Assembly: GCA_035390665.1 (NCBI GenBank)
Contig: DAOOUC010000012.1
Coordinates: 1 to 19,014 of the forward strand
Direction: 5' to 3'
DNA from: an archaeon
GTDB taxonomy: Archaea > Iainarchaeota > Iainarchaeia > Iainarchaeales > CSSED10-239
Length of the DNA stretch: 19,014 nucleotides
The notes under the pieces are model-generated. The model worked only from the letters and a program-made list of their open reading frames with translations, was not told the DNA's origin and did no database searches. The translations under genes were made by a program, and so were the position numbers. Below are positions 1-7,930 of the stretch, in pieces; within the stretch, counting starts at the first letter, position 1, and the number at the start of each line of letters is the position of its first letter.

Positions 1-1
1 A

Positions 2-370
2 AGAGAAAGGAATTTTGGTTTATTGACAGGGAATACAAAAGAAGAATTCGGATTTGATAAATATCAACCATTTCCTGCAATATGGATTGATAATCCTGAA
101 ATTTTAAAAAAATATAAAATAGAAACAAAAACAGATATGTTAAAAAGAGCAAAAGAATTTATTGATGAAGTTTATGAAAAGCACAAGAATGATACAGTAG
201 TATTAGTAAGCCACGGAAGTTTTAGTAAAGCCCTTACTGCCGTGATTATTGGAAAAGATTATTCTGAAGTAGAAATGTTATCAAATACAGGGGTTTCGAT
301 CTTTGAAATTGATGAAGATAAAAATCATAAGATAATTCTTCATAATTGTACTAAACATTTAGATATGTGA
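2..370 (+). CDS. Histidine phosphatase family protein (phosphoglycerate mutase-like), 5'-truncated by the window edge
   Basis: The frame is open upstream of the listed ORF and reads RERNFGLLTGNTKEEF, matching the family 'ERxFGxxxG' motif. The C-terminal 'VVLVSHGSFSKALTAVIIG' matches the second conserved His region. Confidence 0.8.
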   Translation, partial: RERNFGLLTGNTKEEFGFDKYQPFPAIWIDNPEILKKYKIETKTDMLKRAKEFIDEVYEKHKNDTVVLVSHGSFSKALTAVIIGKDYSEVEMLSNTGVSIFEIDEDKNHKIILHNCTKHLDM

Positions 371-375
371 TAAAT

Positions 376-1137
376 ATGAAACAATATAGCTACGAACAAA
401 CATGTAAATATTATGACTTGCTTGAAACAAGTGAAAAAGATAACAAGGAAAGAAATTCTTTTCTGGAAAGAGCTTTTAAAAAATATAAAATTAAATCAAT
501 CTTTGATTTGACTTGTGGAACAGGGGCTCAAGCAATCTATTTTCTTAAAAAAGGCTATAAAATAAAAGCAAGCGACTACTCCAAAGGAATGATTGATGTT
601 GCTAACGATAAGTTACATAAACTTAAAAGAAAAGAAAAGTTTCTTGTAGGAGACATGAGAACAATTAAGTTTGGTAAAGCTGATGCAGTAATAACAATGT
701 TTAATGCTATCGGCCATCTTTCAAAAACAGATTTTGAAAAAGCCCTTTCCAATTTTAAAGAAAATCTAAAACCTAAAGGATATTATATATTTGATATATA
801 CAATCTTAATGAGATGCCAAATGGACTTCCAAAACACAAACATATAGATAATGTTGTTTCTAAAGATAATCTTTATATTGTAAGATATTGTACAAATAAA
901 TTAAACATGAATACAGGAAAGATTACAACAATTCATGAATGGCACATACAACAAGACATGAATCCTTATAATATTATTAAAAACAAATGGGATATGCAAC
1001 TGTATGTCTATAAAGAACTAAAAGAAATACTTGAAAGAAACGGCTTTAAAGTTTTAGAAGTTTATGGAAATGCAAAAATGTCAAAATTTAAAGACAAAAC
1101 AAGTGAAAGCATTTATTTGATAACACAAAAACAATAA
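376..1137 (+). CDS. Class I SAM-dependent methyltransferase
   Basis: Motif I 'IFDLTCGTGAQAIYFLKKGYKIKASDYS' and 'VITMFNAIGHL'. GTG (367) and ATG (376) are both possible starts; ATG 376 is preferred. Confidence 0.85.
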   Translation: MKQYSYEQTCKYYDLLETSEKDNKERNSFLERAFKKYKIKSIFDLTCGTGAQAIYFLKKGYKIKASDYSKGMIDVANDKLHKLKRKEKFLVGDMRTIKFGKADAVITMFNAIGHLSKTDFEKALSNFKENLKPKGYYIFDIYNLNEMPNGLPKHKHIDNVVSKDNLYIVRYCTNKLNMNTGKITTIHEWHIQQDMNPYNIIKNKWDMQLYVYKELKEILERNGFKVLEVYGNAKMSKFKDKTSESIYLITQKQ

Positions 1138-1144
1138 ACCTGAA

Positions 1145-1164
1145 GAAGTATTTATAAATACTTC
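1145..1164. promoter_or_regulatory. 20-bp perfect palindrome GAAGTATTTATAAATACTTC enclosing a TATA-like TTTATAAATA
   Basis: Read directly: gaagtattta/taaatacttc. It lies 7 bp after the methyltransferase stop and upstream of argF. Confidence 0.5.
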
Positions 1165-1181
1165 GCTACTTCATATTTAAA

Positions 1182-1331
1182 ATGAAAAATATTTTTGGTT
1201 TTGAACGGCATTTCTCTTCAAAATCAACATCTTTTTTTATTATTCTCAAATTCTATTTCTTCAAAATCAATTTTTTTTCTCTTTCTTTCAGACTAGCTAA
1301 TAAAAAATGGGGGTTGAATATCTATGACTAG
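1182..1331 (+). other. Possible leader/upstream small ORF (49 codons) overlapping the argF start
   Basis: ATG at 1182 is about 26 bp after the centre of the TATA-like element. The frame is open to TAG at 1329-1331, overlapping argF ATG at 1324. No homology recognised. Confidence 0.2.
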
Positions 1332-2271
1332 ACATCTTTTGACCTTACTAGATTTTAGTAAAGAAGAAATTATGGAGATTCTGGAGTTATCAAAGAAGAT
1401 AAAATCAAATCCAGAGAAATTTTCAGACAAGATAAAAGGAAAAAGTGTATACATGTACTTTGAAAAGAGTTCAACAAGAACTATGGCTTCAATGTATGCA
1501 GGAGTTAATGCCATTGGAGGGCAAGCTTTTGTTCTAACTAACGCTCAGTTTTCTGTTGGAAAGGAATCACTTGCAGATACTGTTAAAACCTTAGAAAGAT
1601 ATACTTGTGCTCTTGCTGGAAGAGTGTATAAACAAGAACTTCTTGAAGAGTGGGCTAAATATTCTAAAGTTCCAGTAATAAATCTTCTTTCTGATAAATA
1701 TCATCCTTGTCAGGCACTAGCAGATTACTTAACAATTTTAGAACACACAGGAGCAATTTACTCAGATGGAAAGATTAATACTGAAAAGATAAAACATACA
1801 AGTGTGGCTTTTATTGGTGATGGAAACAATGTTTGTGCTTCTCTTGCCATATGTGGATTAAAATTAGGATTTACTGTTAGAGTAGCAACTCCAAAAGATT
1901 ATGAACTTGAAAATAATTCAAGAGTAAAAGAGTTTTTAGAAGATTATAAAGATAAAAAATATTTTTCAAGTAATGAACCAAAAGAGACGGTAAAAGAAAC
2001 AGACTTTGTTTACACAGATGTTTGGACATCAATGGGGCAAGAACAAGAAAAGGAAGAAAGATTAAAGTTATTTAGACCATATCAGATTAATGAAGAGTTA
2101 ATTGGTTTAACAAACAATGCTAAGTTCTTACATTGTCTTCCAGCTGAACGTGGAAATGAAGTTACTGCAGGAGTCATTGATGGAAAGAACAGTATTGTTT
2201 TTGATCAAGCAGAAAATAGACTTTGGACAGAAGCCGCAGTAATTTTATATTTAAATAATATTAGGGGGTAA
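1324..2271 (+). CDS. argF: Ornithine carbamoyltransferase
   Basis: Motifs FEKSSTRT, ARVYKQ-like 'AGRVYKQE', HPCQALADYLTI, DVWTSMGQE and FLHCLPAERGNEVTAGVIDG. Confidence 0.93.
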   Translation: MTRHLLTLLDFSKEEIMEILELSKKIKSNPEKFSDKIKGKSVYMYFEKSSTRTMASMYAGVNAIGGQAFVLTNAQFSVGKESLADTVKTLERYTCALAGRVYKQELLEEWAKYSKVPVINLLSDKYHPCQALADYLTILEHTGAIYSDGKINTEKIKHTSVAFIGDGNNVCASLAICGLKLGFTVRVATPKDYELENNSRVKEFLEDYKDKKYFSSNEPKETVKETDFVYTDVWTSMGQEQEKEERLKLFRPYQINEELIGLTNNAKFLHCLPAERGNEVTAGVIDGKNSIVFDQAENRLWTEAAVILYLNNIRG

Positions 2272-2275
2272 AAAA

Positions 2276-3202
2276 ATGAAAGAAATAAAACACATAATCT
2301 CAATTCATGATCTGGATAGAGAACAAATGGATTATATTTTGTCTTTAGCAAAAGACATAGAAGATAAACCAGAAAAATATAAAAACATCTTAGCAGGAAA
2401 AGTAATTGCAAGTCTTTTCTTTGAACCATCTACAAGAACTAAAATGTCTTTTGAAACAGCAGTTAAAAAGCTTGGAGGAAACACTATTGGTTTTGAAGAT
2501 GTACAAAATACTTCGGCAAAGAAAGGTGAAACTTTTTCTGATTCGATTAAAGTAATTGCTGGTTATTCTGATCTTGTGGTTATGAGAACAAAGATTGAAG
2601 GTGCTTCTCGCCTAGCTAGTGAAATTGCAAACAAACCAATAATCAATGGAGGAGATGGCACAAACCAACACCCCACACAAACACTTCTTGACCTTTATAC
2701 AATTAAGAAAGAAAAAGGAAAGCTTGAAGGATTAACTCTTGGTTTCTTTGGAGATTTAAAATATGGAAGAACAGTTCATTCTTTAGTTGAAGCAATAACT
2801 CTTTATAATCCAAAGAAAATAAAATTTATTGCTGCTCCTCAATTCCAGATAGGAAAGGACTATCTTGAGATGCTTGACAGTAAAGGAATAAAATATGAAG
2901 TATTGGACGATGCTAAAGGTAATCTTAAAGATCTAGATATACTTTATGTTACAAGAACACAACTTGAAAGAATTGTTGAACCAATTGATTTAGAACCATT
3001 AAAGAAGAAATACACCATTTCTAGGACACTTTTGGAATCTGAAGGCAACCCTGATATTTTAGTAATGCATCCACTTCCAAGAGTCTATGAGATAACAACT
3101 GATGTTGATAACACATCACATAATATTTACTTCAAGCAAGCAGACAATGGTGTGCCAATTAGAGAGGCAATAATTTGTATTCTTTTAAAGGTGATAAAAT
3201 GA
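2276..3202 (+). CDS. pyrB: Aspartate carbamoyltransferase catalytic subunit
   Basis: Motifs FFEPSTRTKMSFE, GGDGTNQHPTQTLLDLYTI, VMHPLPRVYEITTDVDNTSHNIYFKQADNGVPIREA. Confidence 0.96.
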   Translation: MKEIKHIISIHDLDREQMDYILSLAKDIEDKPEKYKNILAGKVIASLFFEPSTRTKMSFETAVKKLGGNTIGFEDVQNTSAKKGETFSDSIKVIAGYSDLVVMRTKIEGASRLASEIANKPIINGGDGTNQHPTQTLLDLYTIKKEKGKLEGLTLGFFGDLKYGRTVHSLVEAITLYNPKKIKFIAAPQFQIGKDYLEMLDSKGIKYEVLDDAKGNLKDLDILYVTRTQLERIVEPIDLEPLKKKYTISRTLLESEGNPDILVMHPLPRVYEITTDVDNTSHNIYFKQADNGVPIREAIICILLKVIK

Positions 3203-3645
3203 GTGAAAGAAAAGTAGGAACAATAAATAACGGAGTAGTAGTAGATCACATCATCTCAGGAAAAGGAACAGAAATTTCAAAAATTTTAGGGCTTGATTCT
3301 CTTGGAGAGTTTGTGGTAATTGCAAGTAATCTAGAAAGCAAGAAATCAGGAAAAAAAGATCTAATCAAGATAGAAGGAAAAGAACTTAGCCAAGAAGAAC
3401 TAAATAAGATTGCTTTGATTTCTAAAAATTCCACCATCAATATCATAAGAAATGGTGAAGTCTATAAGAAATACAAAGTAGAAATTCCAGAAACTATAGA
3501 AAATATACTTGTATGTAACAATCCATATTGTATAAGCAATCAAGAGAAGATAAAAAGCAAGTTTACAAGTACAACAGAAAAAGACAAAACTACATTAAAA
3601 TGTCATTACTGTGAAAAGAAACAAAATGAAATAAAGATAAAATAA
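3199..3645 (+). CDS. pyrI: Aspartate carbamoyltransferase regulatory subunit
   Basis: N-terminal 'KVGTINNGVVVDHIISGKGTEISKIL' and C-terminal zinc motif 'CNNPYC...LKCHYC'. ATG 3199 overlaps the pyrB stop by 4 bp (ATGA). The ORF-track start at 3175 is probably too long. Confidence 0.92.
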   Translation: MSERKVGTINNGVVVDHIISGKGTEISKILGLDSLGEFVVIASNLESKKSGKKDLIKIEGKELSQEELNKIALISKNSTINIIRNGEVYKKYKVEIPETIENILVCNNPYCISNQEKIKSKFTSTTEKDKTTLKCHYCEKKQNEIKIK

Positions 3646-3648
3646 TCT

Positions 3649-4503
3649 TTATTTCTTTTTAACAATTATAAGCATATGACTAGAGATATCTGCTGCTGTT
3701 CTTGTTGTACAAAGTTTTTCGTGTGCTTCTAGCCAGTTTCTCTTTATTTTTTTATCTTTCAACTCAGCATATTCTTTTTCTTGAGCAGAAGCAAAGCCTT
3801 CAAGTCCAGCAATCTCTAATTGTTTTACTTTGTTTTTAGGGAAAAGCTTTTCAAGTTCATCAACTGTAAAAAAATGACAGAAAGAAATACTTTTGCCAGA
3901 ACTTTTTATAGACCCCCAATTATAATCGTCTCCATCTATTGATAATCTTTTAAAATTATTAGTGTCTTTTACTTCTTCTGGCCATCTTTTTATTGCACTA
4001 AGAAGTATTGCATATTTTCCCATTACTGAAACAAAAATGGGTGCGTTCTTTTTAGCAACTCTAATTAATTCATTTACTGCTTTCTGTCTTTCATTTTCTT
4101 TAACATGAGATAATGGGCCTCCAAGGCAAATAACTGCATCAAAGGAATTGTCTTTAAATTGAGATAAATTAACAATTGTTCCTTGAATAAAATCTTTAAC
4201 TTTTTTTTCTTGTTTTTCCTCTTTAACTTTTGTTTTTGCAAGTTCTACATTCCCTTTAGAAAAATCTAAAAGGACAATATCATAACCTTTCTTTGCTAAA
4301 TCAATTGTATATCTTCCAGGACCAGCTCCTGCATCTAATATTAAACCTTTCTTAGGCAAATGTTTTTTAAGAAAAATCTGAGTGGTATCCCATTCAAGTT
4401 TGTGATAAGGATCTCTTACAAGTCTATTCCACTCATAGTCTGCATCTTTATCATAGTAGTTTTCTATAGATTTAGAGATGTCTTTTATTTTTTTTATAAC
4501 CAT
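3649..4503 (-). CDS. Class I SAM-dependent methyltransferase
   Basis: 'LILDAGAGPGRYTIDLAKKGYDIVLLDFSKGNVELAK' and 'FDAVICLGGPLSHV'. Confidence 0.85.
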   Translation of the reverse strand: MVIKKIKDISKSIENYYDKDADYEWNRLVRDPYHKLEWDTTQIFLKKHLPKKGLILDAGAGPGRYTIDLAKKGYDIVLLDFSKGNVELAKTKVKEEKQEKKVKDFIQGTIVNLSQFKDNSFDAVICLGGPLSHVKENERQKAVNELIRVAKKNAPIFVSVMGKYAILLSAIKRWPEEVKDTNNFKRLSIDGDDYNWGSIKSSGKSISFCHFFTVDELEKLFPKNKVKQLEIAGLEGFASAQEKEYAELKDKKIKRNWLEAHEKLCTTRTAADISSHMLIIVKKK

Positions 4504-4563
4504 ACGGATTTATGAATCAATTATTTTATAATATTATTTGTAATATATATTATTGTGATAATC

Positions 4564-5586
4564 ATGTCAGAAATATATTTTAAAACAATTGAAAGTTATT
4601 CAAATACAGAAGAGATTAATAAAGCAGTTTTAGAGCTATTTAAAAAACTTAATCCTGGCTTTACTGGAAACCTTGCAATCAAAGTGCATTTTGGAGAAGA
4701 AGGGAATAAAACTTTTATTTCTCCTAAAAACTATGAACATCTTATTCATTATCTTAAACTAAATAAATGCCTTCCAGTCTATATTGAAACTAATGTTTTA
4801 TATAAAAGTAGAAGAACCTCAAAAGAATCACATATAGAGCTTGCAAGAGAACACGGTTTTACAAATCTTCCAATTGTTATTGCTGATGGAAATGCTGGAG
4901 AAGAAATGCAAGAGGTTGAAATTAACAAAAAACATTTTAAAACTTGTAAAGTTGGTAAAGCCTATAAAGATTATAATCAACTAATAGTTATGTCTCATTT
5001 TAAAGGACACGGACTTTCAGGGTTTGGAGGAGCAATCAAGCAACTTGGTATGGGGTTTGCTGCAAGAGCAGGAAAACTTGCCATGCATTCTAATTCTAAA
5101 CCAATAATCAATCCATTAAAATGTAAGAAATGTCATCTTTGTGAACAGAATTGCCCAGTTAATGCTATAACTATTGGATTAATTCCACATATTGATATCA
5201 AGAAATGTATTGGGTGTGCTAAATGTATATCTATTTGTCCACATGGGGCATGTACTGTTAATTGGATATCAACTCTTCCAGGAACCTTTGAAGAAAAACT
5301 TTGTGAGTATGCTCTTGCTGCTACAAAAGTAGGAGATAAAAGTCAAATAATCTATATTAATTTCTTACTTAACATTACAGACAATTGTGACTGTATGAAA
5401 ACAGCAAAAATAATTGCAAAAGACATTGGTATTCTTGCAGGAACTGATCCAGTTGCTCTTGATAAAGCATGTTATGATCTTTTAACCAAGAAAGAAAACA
5501 AGAAAGTCTTCGGTGGAGAAAAGACTTTTGATTATGCAGAAAGTATTGGTTTAGGAAAAAAAGAATACACTTTAAAAGAAATCTAA
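4564..5586 (+). CDS. DUF362 domain-containing protein with 2x[4Fe-4S] ferredoxin motifs
   Basis: 'NLAIKVHFGEEGNKTFI', 'SHFKGHGLSGFGGAIKQLGMGFAARAGK', two clusters 'CKKCHLCEQNCP' and 'CIGCAKCISICP'. ATG 4564 preferred over the 4555 start. Confidence 0.85.
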   Translation: MSEIYFKTIESYSNTEEINKAVLELFKKLNPGFTGNLAIKVHFGEEGNKTFISPKNYEHLIHYLKLNKCLPVYIETNVLYKSRRTSKESHIELAREHGFTNLPIVIADGNAGEEMQEVEINKKHFKTCKVGKAYKDYNQLIVMSHFKGHGLSGFGGAIKQLGMGFAARAGKLAMHSNSKPIINPLKCKKCHLCEQNCPVNAITIGLIPHIDIKKCIGCAKCISICPHGACTVNWISTLPGTFEEKLCEYALAATKVGDKSQIIYINFLLNITDNCDCMKTAKIIAKDIGILAGTDPVALDKACYDLLTKKENKKVFGGEKTFDYAESIGLGKKEYTLKEI

Positions 5587-5599
5587 AGATAAGATATTT

Positions 5600-6406
5600 A
5601 TGAGTCCTATAAGATTACCTAAGGCATTTAGTTTTTTAAGAAGGCCAGTTAAAAAAAAACAATTAACTAAAAGACCATTTGGTAAAGAAAGAGAATTGCA
5701 AAAACAAGTAAAAGAAATGGTTGATAAAAAAAGAGAAGACACTTGGAAAAGAAAAGGGACAATAGAAAGATATTCTGAAATATTTGAAAGCAGATTAAAT
5801 TCTGAGCCAATAGATTTTTTAATAAAAAAAGAAAATAAAAATCCAGAAATCTTAATTGGTGGAGCAGCAAGAGGAGAATATATTGTTCCATTAAGAAAAG
5901 AGCTTATAGAAAGAGGGTTACATCCAGAGATTGATGTTTTTAATATTAGTCCAACAAATGGAACTGCAAACCAGATTATAAGAAGAGACCTATCTATTGG
6001 GCAAGCACTTGAAACAATATCTAGTAAACCAAAAGAATATTCTTCTCAAATTAATAAATTAAAAGAAAGATTTGATTTAGCTATTTTTGCAAGCGGTGCT
6101 GGAATGCATACACTATATCCTGCATTTAATGTATTTAATGCTGCTTTAATGCTAAAGAAAGGCGGAAGAGCATATATAGAAATACCAACACAAAGATTTT
6201 TAGAAATACAAAGTATAAAAAATAAAGAAACATATCCTTCTTCTCAAGTAAAAAGAATACAAAAACAAATTTCAGAAATAGATAAAGTTGTTTTGAGAAT
6301 GTTAAGTGCTTATTCTAAAAGAGATGTAAGTAATGAATATGAAATAAAGAAATTATTAAGATCTAAAACAAGAAATGGAATATTTATTAGAATTGAAAGA
6401 AAATAG
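5600..6406 (+). CDS. Uncharacterised protein, possible divergent Rossmann/methyltransferase-like fold
   Basis: 268-aa ORF containing 'EILIGGAARGEYIVPLRKELIERGLHPEIDVFNISP' and 'ALMLKKGGRAYIEIP', which resemble a methyltransferase core. Basic N-terminus (RRPVKKKQLTKRPFGKERE). Confidence 0.55.
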   Translation: MSPIRLPKAFSFLRRPVKKKQLTKRPFGKERELQKQVKEMVDKKREDTWKRKGTIERYSEIFESRLNSEPIDFLIKKENKNPEILIGGAARGEYIVPLRKELIERGLHPEIDVFNISPTNGTANQIIRRDLSIGQALETISSKPKEYSSQINKLKERFDLAIFASGAGMHTLYPAFNVFNAALMLKKGGRAYIEIPTQRFLEIQSIKNKETYPSSQVKRIQKQISEIDKVVLRMLSAYSKRDVSNEYEIKKLLRSKTRNGIFIRIERK

Positions 6407-6409
6407 TTT

Positions 6410-6430
6410 TTATTTTTTTGAAAAAAATAA
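6410..6430. terminator. A/T inverted repeat TTATTTTTTTgAAAAAAATAA after the upstream stop
   Basis: Symmetric 10-bp arms around a central G, just downstream of the stop at 6406. Poly-T on the + strand is consistent with an archaeal terminator. Confidence 0.3.
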
Positions 6431-6449
6431 TATTTCCATAAAACAAACA

Positions 6450-6457
6450 TATATAAA
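6450..6457 (+). promoter_or_regulatory. Archaeal TATA-like box TATATAAA upstream of the pilin-like/Hint gene
   Basis: 'aacatatataaagat', about 50 bp before ATG 6506. Confidence 0.45.
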
Positions 6458-6505
6458 GATTTAATTTACTAATTATATTAATTAAATTTATTTTGGCGAA
6501 TAGTA

Positions 6506-7927
6506 ATGAATATTAAAAAAAAAGCCCTCTCACCAATAATTGCAACAATACTTTTAGTTGTTGTTTCTGTCATTCTTGTAACCGTAATTATGTCTTTTGG
6601 ACAAAGTTTTACTGCTCAAGGGTTAGATAAGACAAAAGACATAAAAGAACTATCACAATCAGATGCAGAACACTTTGTTTACCCTAAAACTTTTTCTAGT
6701 GGAGTGATGCAATTTAATTATTCTCCTCCAAACAACAGTTTTGGAGATGTTCAAATAACTAAATACAAGATACTATATGATAATAATGAAACATCTGAAA
6801 TAACCTTAACTAATCCACACACACTAAGCACAGGAACAAATCTTTTAAATCTTGAAGATTTTTCTGATCAAAATATAACCTCTAATAAATTTACAATAAT
6901 TTTAGAAACAGAAGACAATGAATATATTACTTTAAAAAACATAACAAATCCTTTTCCTTATGTTGAACCAGAACCCTATATTCCCCAAGAATATTTTACA
7001 GAAGCATTAAGTCCAGGAACAATGGCAGATGATGCAACGATAGGTACACAGGCCTGGAGTAGTCTGGATTATTCAAAAGCAAGTGATAATAGCTATTCTA
7101 GTGTTAATATGGGGAACGTTGTGAATGGTACATTTTCGGGATATACAACCCATTATCTTAAAGCAAATAATTTTGGTTTTAATATTCCTACTGGCGCAAC
7201 AATAAATGGTATAAAAGTAGAAATTGAGAAATATACCTTTGGGCCATATATTAGTTGGGATTTAAAAATAGTAAAAGCAGATGGATCTATAGGAGATACA
7301 AATATGGGAAGTGGAACTTGGCCAACACCATCAGATCCAAATACCTATGAAACATATGGTTCAGATACAAATGTGTGGGGGGAAACATGGACTGCAGAAA
7401 ATATTAATGATTCTGATTTTGGAGTAGTAATCTCTATTATTGGTCTTTCACAGATGGGGGGATGTTTAAATGAAAATACTTTAATAGCAACGGAATTTGG
7501 GCAGAAAGCAATAACTGATTTAAATATTGGGGATTTAGTTATTTCTTATAATGAAAATACAAAACAATTAGAATTAAAACCAATAATAAATATTTGGTCG
7601 GTTCCAATATCTAATGTAAATAGCAGATATTTTTATATTTATTACAATAATGGGCAATTAATAAAAGCCACAGAAAATCATAAATTCTATATTGATGGAA
7701 ATTATGTGAGAGCAGATGAATTAAATGTTGGGGATAAATTATTATCTAATGATTTTAAAGAATATCCTATAGAAAATATAGAAATTGTAGAAAACACAAC
7801 AGATTATGTTTGGGATATTGAAGTAGAAGATAATCACAATTTCTTTGCTAATAATATTTTAGTTCATAATTTAAACTATTATGCTTATGTAGATCATATT
7901 CGTATGACTGTTTATTATACAAATTAA
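6506..7927 (+). CDS. Secreted archaeal type IV pilin-like protein with a C-terminal beta-rich domain interrupted by a Hint (intein-like) domain
   Basis: N-terminus 'MNIKKKALSPIIATILLVVVSVILVTVIMSFGQ' is a class III (prepilin) signal plus hydrophobic helix typical of archaeal pilins. Hint domain at residues 320-455. The host domain resumes with 'YYAYVDHIRMTVYYTN'. Confidence 0.85.
   Translation: MNIKKKALSPIIATILLVVVSVILVTVIMSFGQSFTAQGLDKTKDIKELSQSDAEHFVYPKTFSSGVMQFNYSPPNNSFGDVQITKYKILYDNNETSEITLTNPHTLSTGTNLLNLEDFSDQNITSNKFTIILETEDNEYITLKNITNPFPYVEPEPYIPQEYFTEALSPGTMADDATIGTQAWSSLDYSKASDNSYSSVNMGNVVNGTFSGYTTHYLKANNFGFNIPTGATINGIKVEIEKYTFGPYISWDLKIVKADGSIGDTNMGSGTWPTPSDPNTYETYGSDTNVWGETWTAENINDSDFGVVISIIGLSQMGGCLNENTLIATEFGQKAITDLNIGDLVISYNENTKQLELKPIINIWSVPISNVNSRYFYIYYNNGQLIKATENHKFYIDGNYVRADELNVGDKLLSNDFKEYPIENIEIVENTTDYVWDIEVEDNHNFFANNILVHNLNYYAYVDHIRMTVYYTN
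7463..7870 (+). other. Hint / bacterial-intein-like (BIL-type) autoprocessing domain, 136 aa, no endonuclease region
   Basis: Block A 'CLNENTLIAT', block B 'GQLIKATENHKFYI', blocks F/G 'VWDIEVEDNHNFFANNILVHN'. The +1 residue is Leu (tta at 7871). Confidence 0.88.
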
Positions 7928-7930
7928 TTT

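Noticed and set aside
1293-1514. 73-aa minus-strand ORF over the argF start
   Set aside because: Overlaps the well-supported argF and has no recognisable motif.
2205-2429. 74-aa minus-strand ORF across the argF/pyrB junction
   Set aside because: Antisense to two well-supported genes, with low-complexity hydrophobic sequence.
7463-7870. Canonical self-splicing intein interpretation
   Set aside because: The +1 residue after the terminal HN is Leu, not Cys/Ser/Thr, so standard splicing is unlikely. Interpreted instead as a BIL/Hint-type domain.
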